This document shows, in pieces, positions 62,475 to 64,000 of a DNA stretch of 64,000 bases. Each line of letters starts with the position of its first letter. The first letter of the stretch is position 1. Both the position numbers and the translations under genes were made by a program. The notes below the pieces were generated by a model. That model did not search any database. It was not told the DNA's origin and saw only the letters and a program-made list of their open reading frames with translations. Origin of the DNA: Treponemataceae bacterium (lineage in GTDB: Bacteria > Spirochaetota > Spirochaetia > Treponematales > Rectinemataceae); NCBI GenBank assembly GCA_963677895.2, contig CAXXGJ010000038.1:32001-96000 (forward strand), in the 5' to 3' direction.

Positions 62475-64000
62475 ATGGAAGAATCGGCGGACGAGGGCGG
62501 CGAGGGGCATCGCGGCGACAGGGCAAAGATCGCCGTAGGCGTCGGGAGTTCTCCCAACTCGGCGCGCTTGGTGCGTTGGGCGCAGCGTGCGGCGGCCGGT
62601 CTACACGTGGACTGGATTGCCTTTCATGTCGATGGCGGAGTTCTGCTAGGCAGCAAGGACAGAGAGCGCCTGGAGGCCAATCTCGATTTAGCGAGGAACC
62701 TGGGCGCCCAAGTGGCGACGATAGTCGGATCCGACGTGGTGAGGGCTTTGATAGACGGGGCCAAGGCTAAAAGCGCAACGATGCTCGTTATAGGGCGTTC
62801 TGGGCTGTCCCGCCTCGGCCACTTTTGGGCAAGGGCGACCATCTCAGACAGAATCCTTCGGGAAGCCGGTCCGCTCGATGTCGTTGTAGTGAGTGATTCG
62901 AAGGAAGCTGGCAATGATTTTACCCTCGCGTCCATCCGGAAGACATTCAGCGCGCCTTTTCGCCAGTACGGCCTTCTCCTTCTGGTATTTGCTCTCGCAA
63001 CAATCATCTGTCTGGTTCTCGCGCCGGTTACGGGGCATAGGAGCGTCGCTTTTCTCTATCTCGCGGCCGTGCTCTTTCTCTCGCTCGTATCGGGGCCTGG
63101 GCCGGTGGTCTTGCTCGCCATCTTGTCATCCCTCGCGTACAATTTCTTTTTCATTCCGCCGCGTTTCACGTTCGCGATCTCATCTCCTGAGGACATTCTC
63201 CTTTTTGGGCTTTATTTCCTTGTAGCGGCGGTAACGGGTTCCCTCTCCGCTGGGTTGCGATCGCGGGAGCGACTTCTCCAGCGAAGGGACAGGGAAGCAT
63301 CGCTGCTATTGGCCGCCGCCGAGCGGCTCTCCGAACTCAGCTCGATACGGGATGCGGCGGCGGCTTCGGCTACGCTCGTGGAAGGCTACAATGCCGCCCC
63401 CGCGGTCGTGTACGTTGTCGGCGATCTAACCAGGCAAGGGCTCTTTTTTGCCAGCGGTGCAGAGAACCTTGAGGAAATCGACAGGAAGGCGGCGAAGTAC
63501 TGTGCCGAAGAAAGCGAAGTATGCGGCGAGGGAACGGATCGCTTTCCGGAATCGTCCTACCGTTTTATACCGGCGCGGGCGCGGTCGAGCGCGGTGGCTG
63601 CCATCGGGGTTTCCCGCAATAGAAAGCGGAATAATTTCCAGTCCGGAGATGATGAGCTTTTCGCTGCTCTCGGAAGAAGTCTCGCCCTGTTCATAGAGAG
63701 GGAACGTTCCGAAGAAGCATCGAGGATAGCCACGCTCGAACTTGAATCGGAGCGTCTCGCGAAAGTGCTCTTCGATTCCGTATCCCATGAGCTCAAGACG
63801 CCCCTTACGACTATTACTGGTTCCTTAAGCGCCCTGAGGGACGAGGCGATAGCTTCCAATCCCGCGGCGAGACTGGAACTGCTCGAGGGCGCCCTCAGTT
63901 CGGCCGGACATCTGAATGAGATTGTGGAGGATTTTCTTTCCATTGGAAGGATGGAATCGGGGAGACTGAGGTTGAAGTGTAACCTGACCGAGGCGAGAGA
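62475..64000 (+). CDS. kdpD: KdpD-like sensor histidine kinase lacking the N-terminal KdpD domain (runs off the window)
   Basis: Translated by hand from ATG 62475 (SD GGGGAG): USP domain (VGVGSSPNSARLVRWA..NLDLARNLGA..LVIGRS), 4-TM region with YNFFFIPPRFTF, GAF-like region, H-box SVSHELKTPLTTITG. Confidence 0.9.
   Translation, partial: MEESADEGGEGHRGDRAKIAVGVGSSPNSARLVRWAQRAAAGLHVDWIAFHVDGGVLLGSKDRERLEANLDLARNLGAQVATIVGSDVVRALIDGAKAKSATMLVIGRSGLSRLGHFWARATISDRILREAGPLDVVVVSDSKEAGNDFTLASIRKTFSAPFRQYGLLLLVFALATIICLVLAPVTGHRSVAFLYLAAVLFLSLVSGPGPVVLLAILSSLAYNFFFIPPRFTFAISSPEDILLFGLYFLVAAVTGSLSAGLRSRERLLQRRDREASLLLAAAERLSELSSIRDAAAASATLVEGYNAAPAVVYVVGDLTRQGLFFASGAENLEEIDRKAAKYCAEESEVCGEGTDRFPESSYRFIPARARSSAVAAIGVSRNRKRNNFQSGDDELFAALGRSLALFIERERSEEASRIATLELESERLAKVLFDSVSHELKTPLTTITGSLSALRDEAIASNPAARLELLEGALSSAGHLNEIVEDFLSIGRMESGRLRLKCNLTEAR

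Overview
GC-rich core-chromosome segment of a spirochaete (Spirochaetales, Treponema/Rectinema-like, judged from the 16S sequence, the archaeal-type PheRS and the degT-nadK-recN order). In order it holds ychF, a UDG-family glycosylase and uvrA; a large LptD-like protein; phoH, a 7TM-HD protein, ybeY and a CBS protein; gdhA; a partial shikimate/Phe/Tyr cluster; a receiver + PEP-synthase-N fusion protein; pheST; comM; a complete rRNA operon (16S, tRNA-Ile, 23S, 5S); degT-like, nadK, recN; cdd; yggS; apt, gpmI and a CYTH protein; tRNA-Val; pfkB; lon; an orphan molybdopterin oxidoreductase; a pgm/dnaQ-like/M23/glk/UDPGP cluster; SPFH-nrdR; and a K+ transport locus at the right end. I saw no mobile element, CRISPR array or prophage. 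The most interesting region is 58.85-64 kb. It carries two trkA genes, an unannotated 46-aa membrane peptide coupled by ATGA overlaps on both sides, trkH, an exported OB-fold-like protein, and a KdpD that lacks its N-terminal KdpD domain. An 11-bp-phased TTAAC repeat array (candidate KdpE box) precedes it. This suggests a Trk channel under KdpD/KdpE control with two uncharacterised accessory subunits. Other items are at least five apparently leaderless genes, two probable pseudoenzymes (DegT without the PLP lysine, M23 without Zn ligands) and a PEP-synthase-like signalling protein. All calls come from manual motif reading; no database searches were run.
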